DNA from: Chiloscyllium plagiosum
Lineage: Eukaryota
Length of the DNA: 64,000 nt
Direction: 5' to 3'
Assembly: GCF_004010195.1 (NCBI RefSeq)
Contig: NC_057749.1
Span: forward strand, 26,334,591-26,398,590
Position 1 is the stretch's first letter; the number at the start of each line of letters is the position of its first letter. Positions 25,101-40,100 of this stretch are shown here, piece after piece. The translations under genes were made by a program, and so were the position numbers. Under the pieces are notes generated by a model. It saw only the letters and a program-made list of their open reading frames with translations. It was not told the origin of the DNA and made no database searches.

Positions 25101-28100
25101 GTATCCTTAAGATGGAAATCAGGAGGGTTAAAAGGGGATGTGAGGTAGCTTTGACAAATAGGGTTAAGGAGAATCCAAAGGGATTTTATAAATACATTAA
25201 GGTCAAAGAGGTAACTAGGGAGAGAACAGGGCCCCTTAAAGATCAGCAAGTCTGCCTCTGTGTTGAACTGTAGGAGATGGGTGAGATGCTAACTATTTTG
25301 CATTAGAGCTTACTATGGAGAAGGAGACAGCATGGGCAATATAGAACGTGGGAAATAAATAACGATGTATTGAAAAATGTCCAGTGCTGGACACATTACA
25401 AAGCATAAAGGTGGATAAATTATTGGTATCTAATCAGGTGTACCCTAGAACTCTGTGGGAAACCAGGGAAGTGACTAATGGACACCTTGCTGAGACAGTT
25501 ACATCATCAATAGCCACCAAAGTGGCAGAAGACTGGAGGTTGGCTAACGTAGTGCCATGATTTAAGAAAGGCAGTAAGGAAAAGGCAGGGAAGTATAAAC
25601 TGGCAAGACTGATATTGGTGATGGGCAAGTTTATTGGACAGAGTCTTGAGGGAAAGGATTTACATGTATTTTGAAAGGCAAGGACTGATTAGGATTAGTC
25701 AACATGGCTCTGTATGTGGGAAATTGTGTCTCACTAACCTGATAGAGTTTTTTGAAGAAGTTACAAAGAGGATTGATGAGGGCAGAATGGTGGACATGAT
25801 CTACATCGACTTCAGTAAGGCATTCGACAAGGTTCCACCTGGTAGACTGGTTTTCAAGGTTATATCACATGGAATACAGAGAGAACTAGCCATTTGGATA
25901 CAGAAGTGGCTCGAAGGTAGAAAACAGAGGGTGTTGGTGGAGGGTTGCTTTTCAGACCGGAGGCCTACGACTAGTGGTGTGTCACAAGAATCAGTGCTGG
26001 GTCCTACTGCTTTTTGTCATTTATATAGATGATTTGGTTGTGAACATAAGAGGTATGGTTAGTAAGTTTGTAGATGACACCAAAAGTGCAAGGTAAAAAG
26101 GAGACATGAGACAGCTTTGGCAAATAGGGTTAAGGAGACTCCAAAGAGATTTTGTAACTATATTAAGGATAAAAGGGTAACTAGGGAGAGAATAAGGCCT
26201 CATAACTATCAGCAAGTCTGCCTGTCTGTTTAACCGCAGGAGATGGGTGAGATACTAACTTGAGTATTTTGCATCAGAGTTTACTATGGAGAAGGATATG
26301 GAAGATATAGAATGTTGGGGAATAGTGAAGCAGGCTACCTCACAGTACGACGGGACCTTGATCAATGAGCCAATGGGCCAAGGAGTGGCAAATGGAATTT
26401 AATTTAGATAAATGTGAATTGCTGTATTTTGAAAAGGCAAAACAGGGCAGTATTTACACACTTAATGGTAAGGTCCTGGGGAGTGTTCCTGAACAAAGAG
26501 ACCTTGGAATGCAGTTTCATAGCTCCTTGAAAGTAAGAGTCTCAGACAGATAGGATAATGAAGGCGGCATTTGATATGCTTGCCTTTATTGATCAGTGCA
26601 TAGACAATAAGAGTTGGAAGGTCATTTTACGGCTTTACAGGACATTGGTTAGGCACTTTTAGAGTAGTGTGTGCAATTCTAGTCTCCCTCCTATAGGAAG
26701 GATCTTGTCAAATTTGAAAGAGTTTAAAAAAAATTTACAAGGATATCGCCAGGGTTGGAGGGCTTGAGTTATTGGGGTAGGCTGAATAGGCTGGGGCTGT
26801 TTTTTTCTGCAGCGTCGGAGGCTGAGGGGTGACCTTATAGAGGTTTATAAAATCGTGAGGGGTACGGGTAGGGTAAATAGACAGGATGCTTTTCCTTTGT
26901 TAGCAGCAGAATGGTAAATGATTATGAGTTAGTTCTTAAATCAACGTTTGGCTTCCAACATTAATCCGAGAGGGATAGGAATTGGAGAAAAGAGAGATCT
27001 TCAGGTGGCAAGGGAAAAGGAGATCTCATTGAAGATAGTTTACCACAGGCTAAAAAGGAAACGCATGACTGGGGCGGGGCAGGGGCAGGGGCGGGGGGTG
27101 GTGGTGTGGAATAGAAGTATTAAACCTCAGGTGCTTTCACTTCAAAAAGGTTTGAAACATGAAGTTGCAATGTTGGCGATTTAGAAAAAAAATTAGGAAG
27201 ACAGAGGTGGTAAAACTGGATAAGCCAATGGGGTTCATTCAAGTGGTACAGGAGACTGCAGATGAAGCAAAAAAGTCTGGTCAACAGTTGGTCGAGACGA
27301 AAGTGCGAGATCTCTTTAAAGAATTTACTGTGTGGGTAAGGTTTACTAATGTGTACCAGGAGGAGTAGGTAGAGAAATTAAAATTTTAGGAGATACGGGA
27401 ACATGTCAATCTTGATGGTGAGAGATGAGGAGACATGCAGTTCAGAAGGAGTATTGCCAAAAAGATGGTGATATGTGGAATTCATGGTGCAAAGAGTACT
27501 GTTCCATGATATAAGGTGAAAAAGAGTGAATTGATGGTGGGAGTGATAGAGAAACTCTCTTCTGGAAATACAATTTATCCGTGATAATGACAGCTAGATC
27601 ACAGGTGGCAGTGACGTCTACAGTAGTCGAAAAGTCAATGGAAAGTCAGACGACTAAGGTGTTACAGGAAGTATATCTTGGGATTTCTCCTGACTGTGTG
27701 GTAACAAGGTCACAAAGCCACAGTTAAAACAGGAGGAGAAATCAAAGAGTAAAGGTAAGGAAAGTGAAGCTCAATTATCAAAAACTATTTTGATTGAATG
27801 GTTGAGAACAAACAAGGACTGGTGAAGGAGAAAGTGGATATATTTAGTTCAGAGAAGTTAGAGGAATTATAACAGAAATATGGAAAGATAAAAGCAGTTG
27901 TATCAAAAAGCAAATACAGAACATGAATCAGAGTGTATCCCAGAATGTTATAATGTTAAAACTGAAGTCAGGACAGGCAAACAGAGACCATCACACATTC
28001 AAGTTGCATGACCAGCAAGTTATAGAAAGTGGTTAAGGTAGCATTTGCATTGCCAGTAGGAGGTAATTTCAGTCTAAGAAAAACTCAAGCCAAAATACAA

Positions 28101-31100
28101 AAACATTTTGATTAGCCTGGGCTGTATAAAGATGTGGCTGGACATCTCATACATGTGAGAAATCTCTAGGCAGTGATAAAATTAGCACGCTTAATAGTTC
28201 ACTCCTTCTACACCTGACTGTGTTTTACAATTGGAAGATTTCTCTAAACAATGTATGGACTACAATGGTGTCCTCAGGCAAGGCACAGGGTGGTGGGGTC
28301 TGCCTCCTAATCAACACCTCCTGGTGCTCAGATGTGGTGACCCTTACGAGTTACTGCTTCTCTGACCTAGAATATCTAACACTGACTTGCCATCCCTACT
28401 ACCTGCTGTGCAAGTTCACCTCCACAATCTTGACAGCAGACTACAGAGGAACTTTGATTATCCGAATATCAATTATCTGAATTTTGGATTATTCGAAGAT
28501 CTGAAGGTCCCGATAGAAACATTACATCAAAGAGGTGCTACCAACACTGATCGTGTTTTTTGTTTACAATGTTTAAAAGTGAATTCCAGTTACTGAAATG
28601 CTGCCAAAAACAGTCCTGGACATCGATGGGAGCCCAGGCAACATCTCCAAATGATTAACCCCTTGACCTCTCTCTCTCCCCACACTTTCCCTGGAGTTCT
28701 ACACAGGGGTGTACCCTAAACCCCCCTTCTCCAGATAATCTCTCCAGCATTGTCCTGTACAGGGCAAAGGTGGAACTTGTCAAAAGGTTGCAGTAAAAAT
28801 TTGCGTGTGTGTGCACACGCCTTCGCTATTTTGAGACTCATCCCCCAAAGGCAGCAGCAATCTTGTTATTAGTGTCCAGTATGGCTGCCGTCTCCATTCC
28901 GGGGATAGCAGGGTGGTGATGGTGGGGGGCAGGGCAGGGGCGGGGCCACGGCGGTGTGCAGTTACCCCGTCTACTGAACAGGCAGTGGACCGAGCAAGTG
29001 CTCACTCTGTCCATCCCATTGAACTGATGATGGGGGGAACGGGCGGAGGCTTCAGCAATGTTTCAGGTTTCTTTCACACAAGTGTGTATCTGCTCAGAAA
29101 CAAACCCTGAGACAGAGAGAGGGAGCAAGGCAGGCAGAGCAAGGAAAAAGAAAACTTCAGAAAACTCCAAGTCCCAGAGGAGAGACATTGAATCAGTTAC
29201 CTGAATAATCAATTATCCAAACAAAATACTGCCCGCCCATCTCGTTCGGATAATCGAGGTTCCTCTATACATCCTAACCCATGCAAAAGTGAAGACTGCA
29301 CTTGATAAAATATACACTGTTACAAATAGATTTGAGACAAAATACTGAAGTCTTGTTAATTGCAACAGATGACTTCGACCAGGCTAACCTCAAAAGTGTG
29401 CTACCAGGATATCACCAACATGTGGAGTTCCGCAGGGATCAGTTCTGGGTCCTTTGCTGTTTGTAATTTTTATTAATGACTTGGAACAGGGAGTCTAAGG
29501 GTGGGTCAGTAAATTTGCAGATGATACGAAGATTGGTGGAGTTGTGGATAGTCTAGCAGATGCAACTATAATATTACCAGCGACTACAAAGAAAGTAAAC
29601 CAGAACTCTGCTTTCATTTCATGTGAGAAACATAATTTCTCTCTAGAGGCCCGTGGATTGCAACAACATTTACTGCCTGCTTATCTATGATTCAAAGCCC
29701 TATTTCTGGCAAGCAGATGCTCTGAGAAGTAATGGAATTACAGTCAATATAGTACACATGCATCTCTGATCCCCAATTTCTCACACTCCCTTCCACACTC
29801 AGTGAAGATGATGAACTTGATGAAGACTTGAAGTTTGCCATCCAGCCTTTGAAACCCCACCCAGATGGTCACATGTGAACCTGGGTGGTAAAAGCTAACA
29901 GAGGGTATAACAGAGTGTTACAAGGGGACATAAATTTAAGGTGAAGGGTGGAAGGTATAGGGGGGGATGTCAGGGGTAGGTTCTTTACCCAGAGAGTGGT
30001 GGGGGCATGGAATGCGCTGTCTGTGGGAGTGGCAGAGTCAGAATCATTGGCGACCTTTAAGCAGCAATTGGATAGGTACATGGATGGGTGCTTAAGCTAG
30101 GACAAATGTTCGGCACAACATCGTGGGCCGAAGGGCCTGTTCTGTGCTGTATTGTTCTATGTCTCCTGATCCACCAGAGGCCCCGAATAACCTTGACCAT
30201 TGCAATGCAACCAAAGATGCTGAACGTTCCATCCCTCATTTGCATTTCGGAAAATCAGATAATAACTCTGTGCTCCTCCTCCCAGCTTACATACAGGAAT
30301 TGAAGCATGAGAACCCAGTACAGAAAACAGCGCAGTGTTGGTCTGAGGCTGGAAGGGTGTCTATGGGACTGCTTAGAATCAGTGGGCTGGGTCATATTCA
30401 ACAACTCAGCGGCCAACCTGAATGGATATACCATTACTTCACAAACTTGATTAGTGTGTAGAAGACTGTGTGCTGAAGAAATTCATCTGAATGCTCCCCA
30501 ACTGGAAAGCATGAATTATCCATTCTCTACTGAAGTCCAGGTATGTGACGTTCAAGTCAGATGACCCTGACCTTTACAGGAAATCTAGATATAACCTCCA
30601 TTACGCTGTTGGAGACGCAAAGAGGCAATATCACATGAAGCTAAAGACCCAAACTAATCACACAGACACCAATCCATTTGTGACAAGGCCTTCATGACAA
30701 AATGGGCCACAAAGCGATATAGAACAGAATAGTGGACAAAACTATACCCCTCCCTAGTGTGTTTAATGCATTTTGCACTCATTTCGAACAGTAGGTCAGT
30801 GACGCAATATCACCTGCCTAGAGAGTCTCAGATGCATTTGTTCCCTCAGTCACAGTTGTGGACATTAGATCGGCCTTCTTCAATGTGAATCCATGGAAAA
30901 CAACTGCTCCAGATAGAGTCCTGGCCATGCAGTCAAATCCTGCCCAAATCAGTTGGCAGGAGTATTCACTGACATCTTTAATGTCTCCTTACTACAACCT
31001 GAAGTCTCACCTGCTTCAAGACAACCATCATCCTGGTACTAAAAAGAAGTCATGCAGTGTGCCTCAGTCACAATTGCCTGTTGGGCTCTGACCTCCATAA

Positions 31101-34100
31101 CTATGGAGTGCTTTGGGAGGTTAGTCATGGCTCATATCAACTCCTGTCTCCAAACCTGCCTTGATATCTTCCAATTTGCCTTCTGTCACAGCAGGTACAT
31201 GGCATATGCCATCTCTCTGGCCCTACACTCATCCCTAGATAACAAGGAAACCTACATCAGGCTCCTACTAATTGGCTCCAGCTCCAGCTTCAACTCGAAG
31301 TCCAACCAAACTAATCTCCAAACTCCGAAGTCTCCTCTGGATCCTCTGCAACTGGATCCTTGACTTCCTGACCCACAGACCGCAGTGAGGATAGGCAACA
31401 GCACCTCCCCCATGACAATCCTCAATACCAGTGTCAAGCAAGCCTGTTTACTCAGCCCCTTACTCAACTACCAGTCATGAGTTTACAGTAAGGCCAAATT
31501 CCGTCCTAACTCCATTTATAATATCACTGCTGACACTACCATTGTAGGCCAGATTTCAAACAACATCGATATAGAATACAGGAAAGAGATTGAGTGCTTG
31601 GTGGTGTGGTTTGAAGATAACAATCTCTCCCTCAACATCAGCAAGACGAAAGAGCTGGGCATTGACTTCAGAAAGCTGAGTGGATGGCATGTCCTTGTCA
31701 ACAACAATGTAGCCAAGGTGGAGATGGTTGAGAGCATCAAGTTCCTGAAAGTGATGGTCACCAACAATCTGTCCTGGTCCACCCATGTTGATGCGACGGT
31801 CAAGAAAGCACAACAATGCCTCTACCTCCTCAGGAGGCTAAGGAAATTCACCAAGTCCATAAAGACTCTTGCCAATTTTTACAGATGCACCAGAGAAAGC
31901 ATTCCATCTGGATGCATCACAGCTTAGTACAGCAACTGCTCTGCTGAGGACCGAAAGAAACTACAAAAGTTGTGAACACAGCCCAGTGCATCATGTAAAC
32001 CAACCTTCCATCCACTGACTCCATCTATACTTCTTGTTGCCATGGAAAGGCAGCCAACATTAAAGACCCCTCCCATCCCAGCCAACTGATTAAAGAACAG
32101 TTTCTTCCCTGCTGTTATGAGACTTCTGAATGGACCTCTCAATTTTAAATTTAATGTTGATCTCACTGTTTGTGAAGTTTCTCTGCAGTTGTAACATTGT
32201 ATTCTTCGCTCTGTTCTATCACCTTATGCACTTTGTATGGTATGATCTGCCTGTACTGCATGCAAAACCAAACTATTCACTGTACCTAGGTGCAAGTGAC
32301 ACCAATAAATCAAATCAAACATAATACCCATTCCAGCATTTGAGAGACTTTTTACAAGAGCCTTAATTGATGACATAGGATCTCTCCCTAAAACAAAAAG
32401 TGTGAATCAAAATTTGTTGATCAAAATGGATGTGTCTACTGGGTCTCCTAAGGTAATTCCATGAAATATCAAGGCTAAAAGGATTATAGAAGAGTCACTC
32501 AATTTTGTTTTAAACTAAATACGGACTACCTAAAGAGATACAATCAGACCAAGGATCAAATTTTACGTCAAAGTTAATCAAGGAAATTATGGACAGATTT
32601 AAATTAACTGAATCGTTGGCAGCATCAGAATGGTGGCATTAAACTTAAAAGACCATGTAAAGGGCCGACAGTGAAAAGAATCCAAAGGACTGAGATAAAG
32701 GAATTCCATTTGTATTTTTTGCAATTAGAGATGCAGCTAATTAATCAACTACATTCAGACTATTTGAATTAATTTGAGCATGCAGTGAGAGGACCACTGA
32801 AATTAATTAAGGAGAAATTAGCAAATCAGCATTCAGAGACAACATAGATGGTGTGTCAAATGTTCAGGAGAGATTAAATATAGCAGGTGAGTTGGTTAAG
32901 CAGCATTTCAACCTCCCACGAGGAGGTTGAACAGTTCATCCACTACACTAACACCTTCCACCCCGACCTCAAATTCACCTGGACAGTCTCGGACTCCTCC
33001 CTCCCCTTCCTAGACCTTTCTGTTTCTATCTCAGGCGACCGAATCAACACGGACATCTACTACAAACCAACCGACTCCCACAGCTACCTGGACTACACCT
33101 CCTCCCATCCTGCCCCCTGTAAAAACGCCATCCCATTCTCCCAATTCCTTCGTCTCCGCCGCATCTGCTCCCAGGAGGACCAGTCCAAAATAAGGACAAC
33201 ACAGATGGCCTCCTTCTGCAAGGACCGCAATTTCCCCCCAGAGCTGGGCTGAGAGGTGGCAAATGGAGTTTAATGCGGACAAGTGTGAGGTGATTCACTT
33301 TGGTTGGAGTAACCGGAATGCAAAGTACTGGGCTAATGGTAAGATTCTTGGTAGTATAGATGAGCAGAGAGATCGCGGTGTCCATGTGCACAGATCCTTG
33401 GAAGTTGCCACCCAGGTTGACAGGGTTGTTAAAGAGGCATACACAGTGTTTTAGCTTTTATGAATAGAGGGATCGAGTTCCGGAACTAGGAGGTTATGCT
33501 ATAACTGTACAAAACTATGGTACGGCTGATCTTGGAGTATTGTGTACAGTTCTGGTCACCGCATTATAAGAAGGATGTGGAAGCTTTGGAAAGGGTGCTG
33601 AGGAGATTTACTAGGATGTTAGCTGGTATGGAGGGAAGGTCTTACGAGGAAAGGCTGAGGGACTTGAGGCTGTTTTCGTTGGAGAGAAGAAGGTTGAGAG
33701 GTGACTTAGAGACAAAAGATAATCAGAGGGTTAGATAGGGTGGACAGGGAGAGCCTTTTTCCAAGTATGGTGACAGCGAGCACGAAGGGGCATAGCTTTA
33801 AATTGAGGGGTGATAGATATAGGACAGATGTCAGAGGTAGTTTCTTTACTCAGAGAGTAGTAAGGGTATGGAATGCTTTTCCTGCAACGGTAGTAGATTC
33901 GCCAACTTTAAGTACATTTAAGTCGTCATTAGACAAGCATACGGACATACATGGATTAGTGTAGGTTAGATGGGCTTCAGATTGGTATGACAGGTCGGCG
34001 CAACATCGAGGGCCGAAGGGCCTGTATTGCGCTGTAACATTCTATGTTCTTGCAGATGGATACTGTCACCTTGGTGCCAAGGTATCTGCTCCAGGCAGTG

Positions 34101-37100
34101 TGTACTTCTTACAGAATAATGATGGACCAAACAAATTAATATGGCACATAGCACCTTACACTTACTTTTAAATAAATTTGAAAGTTATGGTCTAAGTCAT
34201 CTCCTTACTATATTTGGGGGTAGGGTTTGGTCTGGTCCAAAACAATAGGGAGGTTTATATTTAATCGAATCAGGGTACATTCATCATTTAACCTAGAATT
34301 ATGTTATTCTGTTTAATTGCAATCAATGTAAAATTCCGGTTTCAAATGGACTTATTCTTTGTCTTAAACTGACAAGTAAAGCCGTTATGGTTATTATAAA
34401 GCAGTACTGCAAAGGTGCTGTCAACAGTGAATGGTCAAATCCGAGAAGCACAGTGCCCTTACATAATTTTTAAAAAGCTTCGAACATCTGGAATCATAAA
34501 TACAGAAATTATTACTAAAAATAAAGGTTTTTTTGCAGCTTTTCATCTTGTACTTATCAGGGCAATTCACTAGAATATCATTTCAAGAGGCAATATTTAT
34601 GCCACGTGGAGTTCAAACCTGATTGGTTGGACTTTCAAAAGGAGATAGACTCGCCAGGGTGAGTGGTACCAGATGATGGATACTAATTATTCTGTTATGA
34701 TTCAATGTTTCACTGCATTGAAAAGGTTACACCAAAAATGATTGCATTGAACTGGCAAGTAAGCCGCTGCAATGCACTATCTGTAAATCCAGTTTTACAT
34801 AAACAATCACCAATATCAGCATTTGCATCAATTGGTCCTTACCTTAACAACAGATTCTCTACTGCGCTTGGAACTTAATGCCTCATACAAAGGTTGTGCT
34901 GTTACTGCATCCTGGAAGAGAGGCCAGAGTGAAAAAAATCAAAAACATGGATGCTAGAAATCTCAAACAAAAATAGGAAGTACTCAAGTAACTCAGCAAG
35001 TCTGACAGCACCTGGAGAAAGAAAAACAAAATTAGCATTTTGGGTTCTGTGACCCTTCGTCAGAACTAAATGCAATTGGAAACGTATATTTTTGATGCTG
35101 AAGACATGTGCTGAGTTGAAAACCAGTTCCTGTTCACATCCTACATAGAACATTACAGTGCAGTACAGGCCATTCGGCCCTCAATGTTGTGCTGACCTGT
35201 GAAACCAATCTGAAGCCATCTAACCAACACTATTCCATTTTCATCCATATGTCTATCCATTGACCATTTAAAGTTGGCGAGTCTACTACTGTTGCAGGCA
35301 TTGCGTTCCACGCACCTACTACTCTCTGAGGAAAGAAAGATCTATCACCCCTCAATTTAAAACTATATCGCCTCATGCTAATCATCACCATCTGAGGAAA
35401 AACGGCTCTCACTGTCCACCCTTTCTAACCCTCTGATTATATGTCTCAATTAAGTCACCTCTCAACGTTCTTCTCTATAATGAAAACAGCCTCAAATCCT
35501 TCACCCTTTCCTCTTAAGACCTTCCCTCCATACCAGGCAACATCCTAGTAAATCTCCTCTGAACCCTTTCCAAAGCTTCCACATCCTTCTTATAATGCAG
35601 TGACCAGAACTGTATGCAATACTCCAAGTGCGACCGCACTAGAGTTTTGTACAGCTGCAACATGACCTCATGGCTTCGAAACTCAATCCCTCCACCAATA
35701 AAACCTAACACACCATATGCCTTATTAAACCTATCAACCTGGGTGGCAACTTTCAGGGATTTATGTACATGGACACCAAGATCTCTCTGCTCATCAACAC
35801 AACCAAGAATCTTACCATTGCCCAGCACTCTTTATTCCTGTTGCTCCTTTCAAAGTGAATTACCTCACACTTTTCCGCATTAAATTCCATTTGCCACCTC
35901 TCAGCTCAGTTCTGCAACTTATCTATGTCCTTTTGTAACCTGCAACATCCTTCTGCACTATCCACAACTCTGTCGACCTTAGTGTCATCTGCAAATTTAC
36001 TAACCCATCCTTCCACACCCTCATCCAGCTCATTTATAAAAATGACAAACAGCAGTGGACCCAAAACAGATCCTTGTGGTACACCACTAGTAACTGAATT
36101 CCAGGATGAACATTTCCAATCAATCACCACCTTAGGTCTTCTTTCAGCAAGCGAATTTCTGATCCAAACCGCCAAAACACCCTCAATCTCTTGCCTCTGT
36201 ATTTTGTGCAATAGCCTGAAGTAAATATAACCAAATTGTGGTCAGTATCACCAAAGTGCTCACCTACCTCCAAATCTAACACCTGGCAGGGTTCATTACC
36301 CAGTACCAAATCTAATGTGGACTCTCCCCTTGTTGACCTGTTTACATACTGTTTCAGGAAATTCTCCTGCACACATTGGACAAAAACTGACCCATCTAAA
36401 GTACTTGAACTATGGTTTTCCCAGTCAATACCTGGAAAACTAAAGACCCCATAACAACTACCCTGTCACTCTCGCTCCTATTGAGAATCATCTTTGCAAT
36501 CCTTTCCTCTACATCTCTGGAACTATTCGGAGGCCTATAGAAAACTCCTAATAGGGTGACCGCTCCTTTCCTGTTTCTAACCTCAGCCCATAATTCCTCA
36601 GTCGACGAGTCCTCAAATGTCCTTTTTGCAACCACAATACTGCTCTTGATGAACACTGCCACCCCTCCACCTTTTACCATCTTCCTTGTTCTTACTGAAA
36701 TATATAAATTCCGGAACATTCAATAACCATTCCTGTCCCTGCTCTATCCAGGTCTCCAAAATGGCCACAACATCGAAATCTCAAGTTCATCAACCTTACT
36801 TCAGATGCTCCTGGCGTTGAAGTATACACACTTCAAACCAACTTCTTGCTGGTGCACTCTTGCTACCTTGAAACCTTATTTTGGACCTCATTACTCTCAA
36901 CCTCCCGTATACTCATACAACAATTTAGACTCCCATCTCCCATTAATAAAAACCCAACTGGAGAGAATTAGCAAATTTCACTCCCCAGGATATCGGTACC
37001 CCTCTGGTTCAGGTGAAGACCATCCTGTTTGTAGAGGTTCCACCCACCGCAGAAAGAGCCCCAATTATCCAGGAATCCGAACCCCTCCCTCCTGCCTGTA

Positions 37101-40100
37101 GCCATGTGTCCAACTCCTCTCTTTATCTATTCCTCGCCTCGCTAGCGTGTGGCACAGGCAACAAATCAGAGATAACAACTCTGTTTGTCCTCGCTCTAAG
37201 CTTCCACCCTAGCTTCCTGAATTTCTGCCTTAAATCCCCATCTATGTCATTCGTGCTTATGTGGACCATGACTTGGAGCTGCTCTCCCTCCCCCTCAAGG
37301 ATCTGGAAAATACAATCAAAGACTCACGAACCCTGGCACCTGGGAGGCAACACAATGAGTCTCTCTCGTTCCCACAGAACCTCCCATCTGTCCTCCAAAT
37401 CTGGTGTCCCTAATGACTAATGCTCTGCTCCTCTTTTCTCTTCTGAACAACCAGGACTGTGCCAGAGACCTTAGCCCCATTGCTTACCCCTGGTAAGTCC
37501 CTCACCACTAACAGTATCCAAAACGGTATACTTATTGAGGGGAATGGTCACAGAGGATCCCTGCATTGCCTGCCGGTTCCCTGTCTGTCCCCTGACGGTA
37601 ACCCATCTACTTTCTTCTTGTACCTGAGGTGTTACTCCCTCCCTGTAACTCCTCTCAATAACCCCCTCTGCCTCCCAGATGATCCGAAGTTCACCAAGTT
37701 CCAGTTCCCTAATGCGGTTTTCGAGGAGCTGGAGTTGGGTGCACTTCCCGCAGATGAAGTCAGCAGGGACACTAGTGGTGACCCTTACCTCCCACATTCT
37801 GCAGGAGGAACATTCAACTGCCCTCACCTCTACTCTCCCTGCCTTTATCTTCAGCAAACCTTTTACTGGCCTCTCCTTGTATTATCTCTTGGCATCATCG
37901 CCATATATTCTATTCACTCCTATCCACCTCTCCAAAGCCTCATCATTTGCAGAAATACCATGCTTTTGCAGCTGCTTTTAGTTCTGATGATGGGTCATAG
38001 AACTCAAAACATTAATTTTGTTTTTCTCTCTACAGATGTTATCAGACCTGCTCAGTTTCTCTATAACTTTATTTTTGTTTCAGAGACAAGGGTAAAGCAT
38101 AGATTGATTGATCATATGTTTAATTTTTGTAATTGACTACCATGGTGATCAGCCATTGAACATGGTCAAGAGTGTGGTGCTGGAAAAGCACAACCATCAG
38201 GCAGTATCTGAGGAGCAGGAGAAGCAATGTTTTGAGCATAAGCTTTTCATCAAGATGAAGGGCTTAAGCTCGAAATGTCGATTCTCCTGCTCCTCAGATG
38301 CTGCCTGACCAACTGGTGTTTTTCCAGCACCACAGTCTCGGCTCTGATTTCCAACATCTGCAGTCCTCACTTTCTCCTCGCCATTGAACGTATTTACACT
38401 ATGCAGCAAACACTCTTTAACAAAAGAGAGACATTCTATAAAGAAGAGTGTACAAACATTTTAATACAATAGCAAAACAAAGCTTCAATTTGTTTCCATT
38501 AGCATCCTTTAATTATCGTCAATCCAAAAGGAATATCACCTTTTTCTCAACTCTTTAGTTTCTTACTTGATTGATAGTTTTCAGTTCTCCATCTTAAGAC
38601 AGCTTCTATACAAACTCACAGCTTGGAGACTTCACAAATTAAAAACTTTTACTCGGGTGACAATTGTTCTTCTGAACCCAATCAGGTAAAATGAGTGGCT
38701 TCCTCGGCCATTTCAAATAAATGGTAGCTTAAATTTCTGATTGATGACTGAATTCAAATTTCACCACTTGCTGTGATAGGATTAGAATCCACGTGCCCAC
38801 AGCACTGGCATAGGAACATGGATTACTAGTGCAGTGACAATACCTTTACACCACTGCCTCCCCTAATACTATACTTAACTTTCTTAGTGAGTCACAGATG
38901 AAAATGCCTTGCTATATCTTCTGAATTAAGATTAATGTCAAATGGCTTAGAGACCGGGAACAAACAAAGCAAACCATCCTCCTAATAACTGCTCAGAGAT
39001 TTCTGTAGAAGCTAGGTAAAAAAGTAGTGAGTGCACTGTTAGACAGGCCACAGGCTGTGCTGTTCGCATAAACTGTCAAAACTGATTCAGGATTTTGAAA
39101 ATAAATCATTCACAGGATGTGGGCATCACTGGCCAGGCCAGCATTTATTGCCCATCCCTAATGATCCCGTAGGCACGTAAGACTCAACCGCATTGCTGTG
39201 GGTCTGGAGTCATATATAGGCCAGAGCAGGTAAGGATAGCAGTTTCCAACCCTAAAGGACATTAGTGACCCAGATGGGGTTTTCCCAAAAAATCAACAAG
39301 GAGTCATGGTCATCATTAGACTCCCAATTCCAGATTTTTATTAAATTCAATGGAATTAATGGATTAGTGAAATATATTCTTCAATTGTAGTTGCTGTTGG
39401 AATGTTAAGGGCAAATAAAGAAAGAAAAAGGAATGATTACCTGAGTTTTGCAATTGAGGGCACTATAAATAGGGGACATGGATTGCATCCAACTCTCGTA
39501 AATCGCTCCTTGCTCCAGATCATTCTTTCTGGCTCTGTGGAAATAACAATTATTATTGGATTCAACTGCATCATCCTGATGGGAAGATTAGTTTGTGAAA
39601 GGGTAGTTAACTTGGAGGATTGGCTGGCAATGTTATTGAGAAATGTATCACTCTCAGCACAGTAGACAGTGTAAGAAGGAACAAACTGTTATCAGAGAGT
39701 GAGCATTTGAAAGTTCAGGAACTGATGAGTGTCCTAAGCAACAGTCAGGTCCTCCTCACAATTCTTCCAACTCAAAAATGTAACCAGTAAATCGGTGCTA
39801 ACGTGCTATGAACTGCTTCCTGTTTAATGTAACAGCATTTTTACATTAGGCCAGCAAATGGTTTTCCTCTCTTGCACTAGACCAAGCAGATCCTAAATGT
39901 GCCTCACTTAGAGAGGACGGCAGCTGCAAAGCTACTACATGTTAAGGTGCAGTCTCAGTTTGACTGCACAAATAACGTGGTCTTATGTTTGTAGACAGCT
40001 TGCGCAGTATGATATATTCATAGATGGCATTTCATATCGTCAAGATACACCAAAGTATTTTGCAAAGACTTGAATATCGTTGTTATTGACCAGACCAAAC

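Larger units (their letters stand above)
23850..32905 (+). mobile_element. Degraded Gypsy (Gmr1-like) internal region: gag, protease and integrase remnants split by CR1, Rex1 and MITE insertions
   Basis: gag [25 protein letters not shown] (24.5 kb); protease [11 protein letters not shown] (27.4 kb); PDCVVTRSQ; integrase [11 protein letters not shown] (28.1 kb), resuming at 32.3 kb with LPKTKS and [17 protein letters not shown]. Confidence 0.75.
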
